The notes under the pieces are model-generated. The model was not told where the DNA came from, made no database searches, and worked only from the letters and a program-made list of their open reading frames with translations. A stretch of DNA of 32,916 nucleotides from an uncultured Nitrospina sp. (GTDB lineage: Bacteria; Nitrospinota; Nitrospinia; Nitrospinales; VA-1), in contig CAJWOD010000001.1 of assembly GCA_913044145.1 (NCBI GenBank), positions 1-32,916 on the forward strand, read 5' to 3'. The position numbers were made by a program, and so were the translations under genes. Shown one piece after another: positions 14,978 to 23,494 of this stretch (the first letter of the stretch is position 1; each line of letters opens with the position of its first letter).

Positions 14978-16483
14978 ATGGCCAGCGAACAAAATAAAAC
15001 TTTATCCAAACCTAAAATAGCCACTGGAGGTTTGATTTTTGAGGAACCAATTGTTTTTGAATTGGGGTCCCCTGGGCGCAAAGCCTATTCCCTAGGCGCC
15101 TGTGATGTTCCAGAAATCGAACTAGAAACACTACTACCCACCGATGAAATTCGTGCTCCAATTAAAGAACTGCCGGAATTAACCGAACTCGATGTCGTTC
15201 GTCACTATACAAGGTTGTCGCAATGGAACTTTAGTATCGATACCAATTTTTATCCATTGGGGTCATGCACCATGAAGTACAACCCAAAATTAAACGAAAC
15301 CCTAGCACGTTTGCCAGGCTTCGCAGGACACCATCCCATTTCCGCAGATGAAGACTCGCAGGGAAGTTTACAACTTATGTACGAGCTACAAGAGTGCCTT
15401 AAGGAAATAAGTGGAATGGATCATGTCAGCCTGCAACCCGCAGCCGGAGCCCAAGGTGAGTTCGCAGGTATGCTGATGATTCAGGCTTACCACACCGCAA
15501 AAGGCAATCCCCGGAAAAAAGTTTTTTTACCCGATTCTGCGCATGGCACGAACCCAGCTAGCGCAAATCTTTGCGGTTACAAATCAGTACAGATCCCATC
15601 CAACTCTGAAGGCCTTATTGATATTGACAAACTCGAAGCTCTCATGGATGAAGAAACCGCCGCTATTATGCTAACCAATCCCAACACATTGGGAATGTTT
15701 GAGAAAGATATTTTAAAAATCACCAAGATTGTTCATAACAAGGGAGGATTGGTTTATTGTGATGGTGCCAACCTCAATGCAGTAATGGGAATCGTTAAGA
15801 TGGGGGAAATGGGAATTGATGTTTTACATATCAACCTGCATAAAACCTTCTCGACCCCACATGGCGGAGGTGGACCGGGGGCAGGGCCCGTCTGTATCAA
15901 GGATACTCTCGAACCTTATCTACCTAAACCAGTAGTGGAAAAAAAAGGTCATAAATACGTATTAAATAATAATCGGCCCAAAAGTGTAGGTAAATTGAAA
16001 GTTTTTAACGGTAACTTTGGTATGCTTCTAAGAGCATACGCATACATCCGCACTCTCGGCCCGGAAGGTATTCTTGAAGCCGCTCAATCAGCTGTCTTAA
16101 ACGCAAACTATATCCGCGCAAAACTAAAGGACACGTTCCACCTGCCTTTCAATGGAGCCTCCCTGCACGAATGCGTTTTCAACGATAAAGGTCAGGGCGT
16201 CACAACGATAGACATTGCCAAAGAACTTATTGATCATGGGTTTCACCCACCCACTGTGTACTTCCCGTTAATAGTAAAAGGTGCCTTGATGATCGAGCCG
16301 ACAGAAACCGAATCCAAAGAAACCCTCGATATGTTTATTGAGGCTATGAAATCCATCTCCAAGAAAGGCCATGAAGACCCAGAAAGTTTTCATGAGGCGC
16401 CGCGCCTACCAAAAGTATCACGTCCTGATGAAGCACAGGCAGCTCGCCTACCAAAATTAAAGTGGACAAGACAACCGGTTTAA
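14978..16483 (+). CDS. gcvPB: Glycine dehydrogenase (decarboxylating) subunit 2 (P-protein beta)
   Basis: 501 aa. It carries the PLP-lysine motif HINLHKTFSTPHGGGGPGAGP, plus LIFE..., YPLGSCTMKYNP and TNPNTLG. The start lies only 11 nt after the preceding GT9 gene. Confidence 0.9.
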   Translation: MASEQNKTLSKPKIATGGLIFEEPIVFELGSPGRKAYSLGACDVPEIELETLLPTDEIRAPIKELPELTELDVVRHYTRLSQWNFSIDTNFYPLGSCTMKYNPKLNETLARLPGFAGHHPISADEDSQGSLQLMYELQECLKEISGMDHVSLQPAAGAQGEFAGMLMIQAYHTAKGNPRKKVFLPDSAHGTNPASANLCGYKSVQIPSNSEGLIDIDKLEALMDEETAAIMLTNPNTLGMFEKDILKITKIVHNKGGLVYCDGANLNAVMGIVKMGEMGIDVLHINLHKTFSTPHGGGGPGAGPVCIKDTLEPYLPKPVVEKKGHKYVLNNNRPKSVGKLKVFNGNFGMLLRAYAYIRTLGPEGILEAAQSAVLNANYIRAKLKDTFHLPFNGASLHECVFNDKGQGVTTIDIAKELIDHGFHPPTVYFPLIVKGALMIEPTETESKETLDMFIEAMKSISKKGHEDPESFHEAPRLPKVSRPDEAQAARLPKLKWTRQPV

Positions 16484-16526
16484 AACTCCTGTTTTTTTGT
16501 ATGCTCGTGCCTTAAAGGGATGATAG

Positions 16527-18077
16527 TTAGAAACCAATTAAAAACCCACTCACCAAAACCAACACCGCAGTGGTTATAATACCTGCTCCAATAAGGTTTA
16601 GGATCAACCCGGCTTTTGACATTTTTGGAATACTCACCCAACCGCTACCGAAGACAATTGCATTTGGCGGTGTCGCTACCGGTAACATAAACGCAAACGA
16701 AGCGGCCAACGTCGCTGGCACCATAAAATATAATGGATGAACAGTCGCCGATATCGCAGCCATACCAAGTATAGGAAGAATCATTGTCGTGGTCGCCGTG
16801 TTAGAAGTTAATTCCGTTAAAAAAGTAACCACAAGACAAATGGTAAGAACCGTCATCCACAACGGCCAATCAGAAACCCCCGTCAGTTTAGATCCAATCC
16901 ATTTATCGAGTCCACTCACTCCAAAACCCGATGCTAGAGCAAAACCACCACCAAAAAGAATTAAAGTTCCCCACGGTGTTTTCGATTGCACTGTTTTCCA
17001 GTCCAAAGCAAACCATTCGGTTTTGCCGTTCAGGATGAGCCCTTTGGTGCCATTGACCGGAGCCACCAATAGTAGCAGACCCATGGTCATGGCAATGGTG
17101 GAATCATGCAAAAACTTTGGATTTTCAAATAGGTTCGACCAACCAGGAATTACCCACTCCCCTATCGCAATGGGTCGCCTAAAAATCCATAGAATTGCTG
17201 TAAAGCAAAAAACGGTTGCGACGATTTTTTCTGCCCAACTCATGGAGCCTAACTCATCAAGTTCTTTTTGAATGATTCTACTTTCTCCGCCTTCGATTTG
17301 GTTTATTGGAAAGGGTAAAACAAAACGACAAAGATAAATCCATGTTATTGGAATAAAAACCAAGACTATAGGGATAGCCAATATCATCCACTGAAAAAAA
17401 CTTACTTCAGGGTTATCCGGATAAAGATTTTTGTAGAATCCTGCAAATACAATATTTGGTGGCGTTCCAATCGGTGTGCCGACCCCTCCAATACTGGCAG
17501 AATATGCAAGGCCCAACATCAATACGAGCCCAAATCCATTTTCGATCTTTTTTTGTGAATCAAAATTTCTATTTCCATTTAAAGAAGCATCTAAAGCGAT
17601 CTGCCTTACCACGGCCATGGCTACGGGAAGCATCATCATCGTCGATGCCGTGTTGGAAATCCACATCGATAAAAATGCTGTTGCCATCATAAATCCGAGG
17701 ACGATCCGTTTCGGTTCCGTTCCCATTACTGAGATGATCCACAGTGCAAGACGTTTGTGAAAATTCCATTTCTCCATGGCGAGAGCGATCATGAATCCAC
17801 CCAGGAACAAAAAGATAAGATGATTGGCATAATTGGGAGCCACCTGTTTGCTAGGCAAGATGCCGAGCAATGGAAACAATACCAGAGGTAACAATGCTGT
17901 CACGGCAAGCGAGATGCCCTCACCGACCCACCATATGGCCATCAAGGCGACCACAGCGAACATGCGCTGCGCACTTTCTGTCATACCGTCAGGAAGTGGC
18001 ATGAGCAAAATTCCGCAGAAAATAATAAACCCAGCTAAAAGCACAACAATCTGTTTTTTGAATGTATTTTCTATCAA
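16527..18077 (-). CDS. DASS/SLC13-family anion:Na+ symporter (dicarboxylate/sulfate-type permease)
   Basis: 516 aa, polytopic. AIWWVGEGISLAVTALLPLVLFPLLGILP and NTATTTMILPI / ATPPNAIVF are hairpin-loop motifs (SNT/ATPPN) typical of DASS transporters. The start is uncertain: the TTG at 18077 has no SD, and internal Met26/Met32 are alternatives. Confidence 0.8.
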   Translation of the reverse strand: MIENTFKKQIVVLLAGFIIFCGILLMPLPDGMTESAQRMFAVVALMAIWWVGEGISLAVTALLPLVLFPLLGILPSKQVAPNYANHLIFLFLGGFMIALAMEKWNFHKRLALWIISVMGTEPKRIVLGFMMATAFLSMWISNTASTMMMLPVAMAVVRQIALDASLNGNRNFDSQKKIENGFGLVLMLGLAYSASIGGVGTPIGTPPNIVFAGFYKNLYPDNPEVSFFQWMILAIPIVLVFIPITWIYLCRFVLPFPINQIEGGESRIIQKELDELGSMSWAEKIVATVFCFTAILWIFRRPIAIGEWVIPGWSNLFENPKFLHDSTIAMTMGLLLLVAPVNGTKGLILNGKTEWFALDWKTVQSKTPWGTLILFGGGFALASGFGVSGLDKWIGSKLTGVSDWPLWMTVLTICLVVTFLTELTSNTATTTMILPILGMAAISATVHPLYFMVPATLAASFAFMLPVATPPNAIVFGSGWVSIPKMSKAGLILNLIGAGIITTAVLVLVSGFLIGF

Positions 18078-18205
18078 GGGAGGCTCGTCAAAAAGGGTTC
18101 AACGAATTGATATTAACAGAGGGAAGATAAAAATCCTATCCAGAAGGGATGTGCAAACGCATCACTGGGAAAGAAGCCGTCTTATTACCATTTATTGTTC
18201 ACAAG

Positions 18206-19099
18206 TCAGTGAGCAGCCGAATGCGAACCGGAAAGGATCTGGTTTATTTTGAGGGTGGAGACGATGTGGGTGTCCATTCCCAGTTGTGTGGGTGTGTAGC
18301 CCAATGCCAGAGCCACCAGTTGCGGTAAGTGCAGGATGGGAATGGATTGGTTTTTCTTTTGCAATAATTCGATTTCCGGTTGATAAGAATCGAGGCTCAG
18401 GTGACAGAGCGGACATCCAGTGGCAACGACATCGGCACCATGTTCGATCGCATCCTGCAATGCATTACCTGACATACCTAAAGATGCATCCTTGTTCATC
18501 ATCACGATAGGAAAACCGCAACATTTGGTACGACTAGGATAATAAATCGGGGTTGCGCCCAAGGCTTCAAAGATATCTTCCATCCCTGTTGGGTTGTCTG
18601 GATTATCAAAGTCAGATCGTTCGGACGGACGCAGAACATAACAACCGTAAAAGGCTGCAACCTTTAATCCGGTCAAAGGACGCTTGATGCGAGACTTTAA
18701 TCTTGCCATTCCCTCTTCGGTTGCCAGGATGTTAGCAAAATGTTTGATTCTTGTTTTTCCATTGTACTGATGCCCCCCCTCTTCGAGGATGTCGTTGACT
18801 TTTTCTTTATACTCTTTACTTTCGTTTAAATGTGCTTCGGTTTTTTTTAAGGTCCCCTGACAGGTTGAACAAATAGTGACAATATCCAAACCCTGTTTTT
18901 CAGCGATGGAGAACGAACGCGCGTTTAAAGCATCTGCCAATAGTGGGCTCTTTTCGGAAACCACTCCCGCACCACAACAGGACGCGCTTTTCATTTCTAC
19001 AAAATCAAAGCCTAGGCCTTCCGCTGCTTTGGTTGTGGAGAGCATCAACTCTCGGGTCGCCCCTTTGGCGACACATCCGGTAAAAAGGGCAAACTTCAT
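18206..19099 (-). CDS. sdhE: CCG-domain (HdrB/SdhE-like) subunit of a type-E succinate dehydrogenase/fumarate reductase
   Basis: Two cysteine-rich CCG repeats are present. The first is FTGC...SASCCGAG...ICSTCQG and the second is FYGC...RTKCCGFP...ATGCPLCH. The start overlaps the sdhB stop (ATGA at 19096..19099). Confidence 0.75.
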   Translation of the reverse strand: MKFALFTGCVAKGATRELMLSTTKAAEGLGFDFVEMKSASCCGAGVVSEKSPLLADALNARSFSIAEKQGLDIVTICSTCQGTLKKTEAHLNESKEYKEKVNDILEEGGHQYNGKTRIKHFANILATEEGMARLKSRIKRPLTGLKVAAFYGCYVLRPSERSDFDNPDNPTGMEDIFEALGATPIYYPSRTKCCGFPIVMMNKDASLGMSGNALQDAIEHGADVVATGCPLCHLSLDSYQPEIELLQKKNQSIPILHLPQLVALALGYTPTQLGMDTHIVSTLKINQILSGSHSAAH

Positions 19100-20037
19100 T
19101 GATCCAACTCCTTGAATATACGTTTTACATCACGAACCTCTTCAATAGAATGATGAAGGATTGGTGGAACTTTTCCTTTGAGTAACATTCTGAGCCCAAC
19201 CGGAATCAAGCTGAGCAGTCCGGGGATATTAAAAATTCCCATCGACTCCACGGGAATTCTGTTTTCGTTTAGATTGCCGCTCCTCTTAACTGAATTAGTG
19301 AAGGACAGTGCGTGACGCGCACCATTATTGTTATGAACACCTTCCTCCAATGCCACGGTCATGATTTCTTTGATGCGATCGAAAGGACGTGCCGGTTTCG
19401 GGCAGCGTTCTACACATTCGGCACAATGGGTGCAATCCCAAATCCCTCCTGGCTCACTTAAGTCCTGTACGCGTTGCAGGGTTTTAGAGTCGCGGGAATC
19501 GCCGACAAACCGTTGCGCTTTTGCCAAAGCTGCAGGCCCGAGGAAATTATCATCCACTTCCAGAGTGTTGCAGTCGGAATAGCAGGCACCGCACATGATG
19601 CAAGTACTAGCGTCATCAATGACTAAAAACTCTTCCTGCGACTGACGTCTTTCTTTTACCGGTGGCTCTTCTTTTGGCTCCAGATAAGGTTTTATTTTAT
19701 TCACTTTGTCCCAGAACGGTGTGAAGTCTACTACCAGATCTTTTACTGGTTTCATATTACCGAGAGGTTCTAAAGTAATAGTATCGTTGTTATCCACAAG
19801 GTGTTCCGCCTGTCGTTGGCAAGCCAGTAAGGCATGACCGTTTGACTTGACTGCACACGAGCCACAGATTGCACTTCGGCACGACATCCTATAAGAAAGG
19901 CTGCCATCAAGAGTCCACTTGATCTGGTTCATACAATCCAGGAGCGTGGCACCATCGGGAATATCCAGTTGAAACTCTTCGAAATAAGGCTCGGGCTGTT
20001 TTTCCGGATTGAATCGTTTGATTCTGAAAGTTGCCAT
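19096..20037 (-). CDS. sdhB: Succinate dehydrogenase/fumarate reductase iron-sulfur subunit
   Basis: The 2Fe-2S motif is CRSAICGSC...[12 protein letters not shown] is a CxxCxxCxxxC motif, and [12 protein letters not shown] is a full CxxCxxCxxxCP motif. A C-terminal extension of about 80 aa is present. The track start is a TTG at 20040. The ATG at 20037 overlaps the sdhA stop (TGATG) and is the likely start. Confidence 0.88.
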   Translation of the reverse strand: MATFRIKRFNPEKQPEPYFEEFQLDIPDGATLLDCMNQIKWTLDGSLSYRMSCRSAICGSCAVKSNGHALLACQRQAEHLVDNNDTITLEPLGNMKPVKDLVVDFTPFWDKVNKIKPYLEPKEEPPVKERRQSQEEFLVIDDASTCIMCGACYSDCNTLEVDDNFLGPAALAKAQRFVGDSRDSKTLQRVQDLSEPGGIWDCTHCAECVERCPKPARPFDRIKEIMTVALEEGVHNNNGARHALSFTNSVKRSGNLNENRIPVESMGIFNIPGLLSLIPVGLRMLLKGKVPPILHHSIEEVRDVKRIFKELDQ

Positions 20038-21746
20038 CAATAAGTTCTTTCAGCAGGTTGATATTTAGTAATCACTACGGGTTTGGTTTTTATGACCAAT
20101 CCATCTGGAGAATCGTAGACCATGGAGTGATACAAGAATTTTTTATCATCTCGCTTTGGGAAGTCAGTACGATAATGCCCACCACGGCTTTCCCGTCGTT
20201 CCAATGCGGCTGTGGCTATAATTACTGCCATACCCAACATATTTCCTAACTCCATAATTTCATAAATTTCTGTATTGAACAATTTTCCTTTATCCGTTAC
20301 TTTACCTTTTTTGAACCGTTCCTGAAGCCCTTTGAGAGTTTCGATGCAGGTTTTAAGTCTTTGCTCATCGCGGAAAACACCGCAATGGGACATCATAATT
20401 TCTTTCATTTCGTCGCGAATCTGGTTGTAACTTTCGCTCCCCTCTCTTTGGAATATATCTTCAAATTTCTCTAAGACCCTTGCTTTTTCCTGTCCTTCAT
20501 TAACATTGCCAAAGTCCCTACCTCTGGCATATTCGAGGACAGATTTACCTGCACGTTCACCAAACACCACTGCATCAAGGAGAGAATTGGTTCCCAATCG
20601 GTTGCCACCATGAACAGAAACACATGCACATTCACCTGCCGCAAAAAAACCATGCATCTTTGTTCCTTCAGAATCGAGGATAACGTGACAATTATTATCC
20701 ACAGGAATACCTCCCATGGAATAATGTGCAGTGGGTTGAATAGGCAGAGGATCGGTAACGCAATCAATACCGAGAAAGTCGATTGCCAATTGTCGAATTT
20801 GCGGTAGGCGTTCCATGATTCGTGCTTCGCCCAGATGTCGAAGATCGAGATGAATACAATCTTCACCGTTGATGCCACGTCCCGCATCCATTTCACTTTG
20901 CTCTGCACGAGCCACAATATCGCGCGGTGCCAATTCCATTCTGGAGGGAGCATAAGTTTCCATGAACCGCTCGCCTTTATCATTGAGAAGGTAAGCACCT
21001 TCGCCACGAGCCGCCTCAGAAAATAAAATTCCTTGTCGGTATAACCCTGAAGGATGAAACTGCACAAATTCCGGATCTTCTAAAGGAATGCCAACCTCAA
21101 AAGCTGCCATCACGCCATCCGCGGTACTGGCAAAAGCATTTGATGTAATTTTAAATACTCGGCCATAACCTCCGGTACAAAAGACCACAGCTTTAGCCCG
21201 GATAACTTCGACTTCACCGGTTTGAATATTACTTACAATCACACCGTTACACTGGTCACCATCGATCACCAGAGAATGCATATACCACTCATTATAAATT
21301 TTAACGGATCTGGAGTTTTTCATCAGCTGCTCATGAAGAGCATGTAAAATCGCATGACCGGTTCGATCAGCGGAGAAGCAGGCGCGAGGCTTTGAATGAC
21401 CACCAAAGCTACGTTGAGCGATCTTTCCTTCTGGGGTGCGACTGAAAACACAACCCATGTGCTCTAGCTCATAGATAATTCTGGGTGCCGCCTTGACATA
21501 TTCCTCGACCGCATCCTGATCGTTTAGAAAATCACCGCCTTTGACGGTATCAAACATGTGTTCTTCCCAGCTATCCGGCTCAGAATTTCCAAGAGAAGCC
21601 GCAATGCCGCCTTGGGCTGCTCCAGAATGCGAACGGGAAGGATAAACCTTGGTCAATACGGCTACATCGAGTTCTTTACAAGCCTCAAGAGCGCATCGCA
21701 TTCCTGCAAGACCAGCACCGACGATCACCACATCATGTTGAATCAC
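20037..21746 (-). CDS. sdhA: Succinate dehydrogenase/fumarate reductase flavoprotein subunit
   Basis: The FAD fold motif is [15 protein letters not shown], and the covalent-FAD histidine context is [27 protein letters not shown] and [13 protein letters not shown] are also present. It has a GTG start with the SD GAGGTG 6 nt upstream, and no twin-arginine signal. Confidence 0.92.
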   Translation of the reverse strand: MIQHDVVIVGAGLAGMRCALEACKELDVAVLTKVYPSRSHSGAAQGGIAASLGNSEPDSWEEHMFDTVKGGDFLNDQDAVEEYVKAAPRIIYELEHMGCVFSRTPEGKIAQRSFGGHSKPRACFSADRTGHAILHALHEQLMKNSRSVKIYNEWYMHSLVIDGDQCNGVIVSNIQTGEVEVIRAKAVVFCTGGYGRVFKITSNAFASTADGVMAAFEVGIPLEDPEFVQFHPSGLYRQGILFSEAARGEGAYLLNDKGERFMETYAPSRMELAPRDIVARAEQSEMDAGRGINGEDCIHLDLRHLGEARIMERLPQIRQLAIDFLGIDCVTDPLPIQPTAHYSMGGIPVDNNCHVILDSEGTKMHGFFAAGECACVSVHGGNRLGTNSLLDAVVFGERAGKSVLEYARGRDFGNVNEGQEKARVLEKFEDIFQREGSESYNQIRDEMKEIMMSHCGVFRDEQRLKTCIETLKGLQERFKKGKVTDKGKLFNTEIYEIMELGNMLGMAVIIATAALERRESRGGHYRTDFPKRDDKKFLYHSMVYDSPDGLVIKTKPVVITKYQPAERTY

Positions 21747-21909
21747 TAAAGCACCTCAAAACGGGGCAAACATTTTAATTCCTTACCATGACAGAAAATA
21801 ACTCATTGCCCTCATCGAGCCTTTGCTGTCATGATTTTCTCCAGAACCTCCACGACATGAAACCCATTGAAAAACCTAATAAAAATTAGTTGTATTCCGT
21901 TCGGAGAGG

Positions 21910-21939
21910 TTGTCAATCGGGGCCTTGGCCGGATATAAA
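21910..21939 (+). promoter_or_regulatory. Candidate promoter for rhlB (TTGTCA-N18-TATAAA)
   Basis: TTGTCA is at 21910..21915, followed by an 18-nt spacer and TATAAA at 21934..21939. It implies a leader of about 250 nt. The same hexamer read on the minus strand is TTGACA, so it may instead belong to the divergent sdhA promoter. Pattern only. Confidence 0.22.
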
Positions 21940-22187
21940 ATCAAGAAGGGATTTAAACACTTCCCCCCCTTTAAAGTCAAGCAAAATGAAATTGGGGTTG
22001 CAAAAGCTCAGTAAGCCGATCATAATAACTCATGCCAACGAGAATGAGTAGCAAACGATTGAAATTTAAGGCCCCCCTCCCATAAGTAAAAATGGCAATG
22101 CCTCATTAATCCATAAATCGTTTTCCCGTTGAAAAAAAGCTATGTCTAAACAGACCCGCAAAAATTTCTGCGGAATGGAGTATTCAT

Positions 22188-23489
22188 TTGGAACTCATTA
22201 ATTTTGAATCTATACCACTTCCTGAACCTGTTTTAAAAGGTGTTCGAAGTGCTGAATTCAAAACTTGTACCCCCATTCAGAGCAAGTCTCTTCCCATTAC
22301 TCTTGCGCGAAAAGATCTCGCAGGCCAGGCGCAAACAGGAACCGGTAAAACGGCAGCTTTTTTGATTACTCTATTAACTCGGTTAATAGAGAATAAACCG
22401 ACGCCTGCGGCAAAAGGAAAAGAAGGCCCTCGAGCTTTGGTTCTGGCGCCCACCCGGGAACTGGCCCGACAAATTGAGAAGGATGCATTATTGCTTGGAA
22501 AATATTGCGGCTTTAAATCAGCCTGTATCATTGGCGGAGTTGACTACGAAAAACAACGTAGCCTAATTAAATCAGGAGTTGACATTCTCATCGCTACTCC
22601 AGGAAGATTGATCGACTTTTACAAGCAGAGATTCTTTAGCCTGAAACGAATCGAAGTGCTAGTTGTTGATGAAGCAGACCGCATGTTCGATATGGGATTC
22701 ATTCAAGACTTACGCTATCTTTTCCGCAGTTGCTCGCCCTACAATAAACGACAAACAATGCTATTTTCTGCGACGCTCAATTATCGAGTTATGGAACTCT
22801 GCTATGAACACATGAACAACCCCGTTAAAGTTGTTATTGAGCCTGAGAAAGCGGTTGTGGATGAAATAAAGCAGTCTCTTTTTCATGTTGGCCAACACGA
22901 AAAATTTAATCTTCTACTGGGACTATTAAAAAAGGAAGAAGGGGAAAAAGTTCTCATTTTCTGCAACACAAAGATTGAAGCGGAACAACTGGAATGGAAG
23001 CTAAATCATAATGGCTATAAGTCGGGCCAAATAAGCGGCGATCTTCATCAAAAGGCACGAATAAAAGTATTAGAAGATTTCCAAAAAGGAAACATTTATA
23101 TTATGATCGCTACCGATGTTGCATCGCGTGGATTACATGTCGATGATATTACCCATGTTATAAACTACGATCTTCCGCAAGATGCAGAAGACTATGTCCA
23201 TCGTATTGGCCGAACTGCCAGGGCTGGGAAAAAAGGTACCGCTATCACCCTTTGCTGTGAAGACTTTGCGCAACATTTAGAACGCGTCGAGGTTTATCTC
23301 AAAAAGAAAATACCCGTGGCTTGGGCAGAAGAAGAACTATACCTGGAAGAAAAATTAGGGGCCCCACCAGCAAGAAAACGTCGCCGGCCGACAGCAACCA
23401 AAGCAAAAACCGATTCCAACAATCGTCCTCGCAATGGCAAGGGAATGCAACGAAGACGCCCTCAATCAAGAACACGCTCTACAACCTAA
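22188..23489 (+). CDS. rhlB: DEAD-box ATP-dependent RNA helicase, RhlB-like
   Basis: The Q-motif context is TPIQ. Motif I is AQTGTGKT, motif II is VVDEADRMFDMGF, motif III is SAT and motif VI is HRIGRTARAG. There is extended by-eye similarity to E. coli RhlB (GVDILIATPGRLIDF, LFSATL.YRV.EL). The C-terminal tail is Arg-rich. The start is a TTG at 22188. Confidence 0.82.
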   Translation: MELINFESIPLPEPVLKGVRSAEFKTCTPIQSKSLPITLARKDLAGQAQTGTGKTAAFLITLLTRLIENKPTPAAKGKEGPRALVLAPTRELARQIEKDALLLGKYCGFKSACIIGGVDYEKQRSLIKSGVDILIATPGRLIDFYKQRFFSLKRIEVLVVDEADRMFDMGFIQDLRYLFRSCSPYNKRQTMLFSATLNYRVMELCYEHMNNPVKVVIEPEKAVVDEIKQSLFHVGQHEKFNLLLGLLKKEEGEKVLIFCNTKIEAEQLEWKLNHNGYKSGQISGDLHQKARIKVLEDFQKGNIYIMIATDVASRGLHVDDITHVINYDLPQDAEDYVHRIGRTARAGKKGTAITLCCEDFAQHLERVEVYLKKKIPVAWAEEELYLEEKLGAPPARKRRRPTATKAKTDSNNRPRNGKGMQRRRPQSRTRSTT

Positions 23490-23494
23490 CAACA

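Noticed and set aside
16789-18252. Plus-strand ORFs antisense to the DASS transporter (16789..17271, 17456..17760, 17833..18252)
   Set aside because: They are shadow ORFs of a long minus-strand membrane-protein gene. No SD or motifs are present.
18192-18510. ORFs overlapping the 3' end of the CCG-subunit gene (18192..18416 -, 18286..18510 +), considered as a possible missing SdhF/anchor
   Set aside because: They are not hydrophobic, they lie in alternative or antisense frames of the CCG gene, and they have no SD. They give no support for an anchor subunit.
20471-21067. 198-aa same-strand alternative-frame ORF within sdhA
   Set aside because: The sdhA frame is unambiguous (FAD and active-site motifs). 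The nested frame has no start context or motifs.
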